Assembly (NCBI GenBank): GCA_001787205.1
Contig: MFWB01000011.1
Span: 1-47,668, forward strand
DNA: 47,668 bases
Direction of reading: 5' to 3'
Origin: Candidatus Nomurabacteria bacterium RIFOXYB1_FULL_39_16
Lineage (GTDB): Bacteria > Patescibacteriota > Minisyncoccia > Phycocordibacterales > UBA9973
Part shown: positions 45,338 to 47,668 of the stretch, piece after piece
How positions within the stretch are numbered: position 1 is the first letter of the stretch
Layout: each line of letters begins with the position of its first letter
Program-made: the position numbers and the translations under genes
Notes under the pieces: generated by a model
The model's input: the letters and a program-made list of their open reading frames with translations, nothing else
Told to the model about the DNA's origin: nothing
Database searches by the model: none

Positions 45338-46582
45338 TTATACAAACCTCTTTGGTATTGGAAATTTTTTAGCTAATTTTTTAATTTCTTTATGCACAGT
45401 TTCTTTTATTTTTTTATTATCTTTATTTTTTAGCACTTCAATCATCAACTCTGCAACCTTTTTACATTCTTTCTCTTTAAATCCTCTAGTAGTGATGGCT
45501 GGAGTACCAAATCTAATACCGGATGGGTCAAGCGGTTTCCTGGTGTCCCCTGCAATAGAGTTCATATTGAGAGTTATGCCCACTTCGTCCAATACCGTCT
45601 GTGCTTCTTTACCTGTGACCCCCAGAGAGCCGAAGACATCAGCGAGAATGAGGTGATTATCTGTGCCGCCTCCAATCATTCTGATTTTATTCTTACGGAA
45701 AACTTCTTCCATCGCTTTCGCATTTTTCAAAATTTGCTTGGCGTACTTTTTATAAGCCGGCTTCATCGCCTCTCCGAAAGCTACAGCCTTCGCAGCGATG
45801 GTATGCATATGCGGACCGCCTTGGATTCCAGGGAAAATTGATTTATCAATCTTTTTAGCTATCTCTTCATCTTCACGAGTCAAAATAATCCCCCCACGAG
45901 GCCCGCGGAGAGTCTTGTGAGTCGTGGAAGTGATAATATCAAAACCATCATCAAAAGGATTACGCAAAACACCCGCAGCAATAAGCCCGGCAATATGCGC
46001 CATATCCGCCATCGTCACCGCCCCGACTTCATGAGCAATCTCCACAAACTTTTTATAATTCAAAGTACGTGAATAAGCAGAAAATCCAGCAAGAATTATT
46101 TTCGGTTTATGTTCCAATGCCACCTTACGTAAATCTTCATAATCAATTTCTCCCGTATCCGGATCTTTCATCTTATAAGTGACAAATTTATAAATCTTTG
46201 CAGGAAGAGTCATCGGATGCCCGTGCGTCAGGTGTCCCCCGTGCGACAAATCCATCCCGAGCACTGTGTCTCCTGGTTGAAGTAATGCTGCATAGACGGC
46301 GAGGTTCGCTGGAGCTCCGGAATGAGGCTGAACATTGGCAAATTTACATTTAAAAAGCTTACAAACGCGTTCTATGGCGAGTCTCTCAACAGCATCAGTA
46401 AAATCCTGCCCGCCGTAATATCTGCGTCCCGGATACCCTTCGGAATATTTATTAGTAAAAACAGAACCATTGGCTTTTAACACATCTTCTGAAACATAGT
46501 TTTCGGAAGGGATTAATTCAAGCCCTTCTCTCTGCCTTTTCTCTTCACTTTTAATGAGTTTTTCTATTAGTTTATCTCGCAT
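45338..46582 (-). CDS. glyA: Serine hydroxymethyltransferase
   Basis: LIPSENY; NKYSEGYPGRRYYGG; TTHKTLRGPRGG. Confidence 0.98.
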   Translation of the reverse strand: MRDKLIEKLIKSEEKRQREGLELIPSENYVSEDVLKANGSVFTNKYSEGYPGRRYYGGQDFTDAVERLAIERVCKLFKCKFANVQPHSGAPANLAVYAALLQPGDTVLGMDLSHGGHLTHGHPMTLPAKIYKFVTYKMKDPDTGEIDYEDLRKVALEHKPKIILAGFSAYSRTLNYKKFVEIAHEVGAVTMADMAHIAGLIAAGVLRNPFDDGFDIITSTTHKTLRGPRGGIILTREDEEIAKKIDKSIFPGIQGGPHMHTIAAKAVAFGEAMKPAYKKYAKQILKNAKAMEEVFRKNKIRMIGGGTDNHLILADVFGSLGVTGKEAQTVLDEVGITLNMNSIAGDTRKPLDPSGIRFGTPAITTRGFKEKECKKVAELMIEVLKNKDNKKIKETVHKEIKKLAKKFPIPKRFV

Positions 46583-47418
46583 ACGCCCATTCTAGCACAT
46601 TTTATAATTATTGTTCCAAGTAAATCGGTACGTAGAATTTTAGCTCCAGATTGTGCCAGAGTGGCAAGAGTGTCAGCGTGTGGGTGACCATATTTATTGT
46701 CCTTACCAACAGAAATCAAAGCATATTCGGGTGAGACCACTTTTACAAACGAAGAAGATGTAGAGGTGCGTGAACCGTGGTGCCCAACTTTTAGAAATGT
46801 GCTCTTTAGTTGCTCTTTTGAATTTTCTGAAAGAATTATTTTCTCGGTTTTTGTTGTGCTGTCACCCGAGAGCATTATAGAAGTGTCCCCATAAGTTAAA
46901 CGAGCGATGATAGACCCATCATTCGTCGTCCACGCAGAAACATCGCGGTCAGGGAACAAAATATCAATCACTGCTCCGCCGCCCAGGTGAAGCTTCATAC
47001 CCTTTTTAACTAAAATATCCGGAATTTTTTGATTTTTAATTTCTGTTTTTAAATTTTGAAAAGTTTTAGAATCGTTTAAGGTGCCAGATTCAAAAACCGC
47101 TCCAACTTTGTAACTTTTAAAAATGTCCGAAAATCCGCCAATGTGGTCTGCATCCGGATTCGTAATGACAACCGCATCTATCGTCCTGTCAAAGGAAGAC
47201 ATCAACTTGGAAAGTGGTCCTAAAACTTTACGCGCCCCTCCAACATCAAACATAATCTGCGTACCGGTCGAAGATTCTATAAAAAGCGCGTCACCCTGCC
47301 CCACATCCAACATCGCAAAAGTAAGAACCCGATGAGAATTCTTCCAGTCTAAACAAAAAAGAAAAACATTTGCCATTAAAAGCAAAAAGGCGAATATCAA
47401 TGAGTAATATTTCTTCAT
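46567..47418 (-). CDS. ComEC/Rec2-like MBL-fold competence protein (stand-alone C-terminal domain)
   Basis: LDVGQGDA; TNPDADHIGG (first His replaced by Asn); LKVGHHGS; NKYGHPH. Confidence 0.88.
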   Translation of the reverse strand: MKKYYSLIFAFLLLMANVFLFCLDWKNSHRVLTFAMLDVGQGDALFIESSTGTQIMFDVGGARKVLGPLSKLMSSFDRTIDAVVITNPDADHIGGFSDIFKSYKVGAVFESGTLNDSKTFQNLKTEIKNQKIPDILVKKGMKLHLGGGAVIDILFPDRDVSAWTTNDGSIIARLTYGDTSIMLSGDSTTKTEKIILSENSKEQLKSTFLKVGHHGSRTSTSSSFVKVVSPEYALISVGKDNKYGHPHADTLATLAQSGAKILRTDLLGTIIIKCARMGVCEIN

Positions 47419-47454
47419 AATGTCTTCGTCTGACGGATATAGTATAATATGGGT

Positions 47455-47668
47455 ATGAAAAAATATGAAGAAATAAAATTCAATATCGGGGAATTGAAGG
47501 GAATTTCAAAAAAGAATATTGAAGAGCATCTGAAGCTCTATGCGGGTTATGTAAAAAACACTAATTCTATTTTAGAAAAAATTCCAGAGTATGAAGGCTA
47601 TGTCAAAGAAGACACCTTTGCCCCCTATGTCGTGAGTGAGCTTCATCGTAGATTTAGTTTTGAATTCA
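47455..47668 (+). CDS. sod: Fe/Mn superoxide dismutase, N-terminal part (truncated by the window edge)
   Basis: Hand translation MKKYEEIKFNIGELKGISKKNIEEHLKLYAGYVKNTN...ELHRRFSFEF matches the SOD N-terminal helical domain; TATAAT 6 nt upstream. Confidence 0.8.
   Translation, partial: MKKYEEIKFNIGELKGISKKNIEEHLKLYAGYVKNTNSILEKIPEYEGYVKEDTFAPYVVSELHRRFSFEF

Overview
Chromosomal segment of an AT-rich bacterium using code 11. Gene content and style point to Patescibacteria/CPR (Parcubacteria, probably Nomurabacteria-like); this is an inference. It begins with the 5' part of a 23S rRNA gene that has its own sigma70 promoter and no 16S or tRNA upstream. It then carries a cluster of large cell-surface/peptidoglycan-binding proteins, rplJ-rplL, a REP-associated tyrosine transposase (RAYT) with three REP hairpins, ftsK, recA, efp, rpsF-ssb-rpsR, tatD, four aminoacyl-tRNA synthetases (metG, glyQS, ileS with a T-box, argS), recO, a PIF1 helicase, dut, tmk, glyA, a ComEC-type MBL protein and the start of a superoxide dismutase. 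The main signal is a dense set of short palindromic elements. Two DUF559 (Vsr-like) endonuclease genes are each bracketed by inverted BoxC-like repeats, one cassette carrying a VOC cargo gene, and solo copies of the same repeat sit in frame inside ftsK (twice), metG and a wHTH gene. A second family of CC(T/C)GCC...GGC(G/A)GG mini-palindromes, all multiples of 3 nt, sits in frame in recA, efp, tatD and ileS (twice). Other notable points are a 96-bp in-frame duplication of the rplL 3' end, an ultrashort-stem-I Ile T-box coupled to a terminator, a histidine-phosphatase domain inside IleRS, and widespread leaderless-type promoters. All calls were made by eye, with no database searches.
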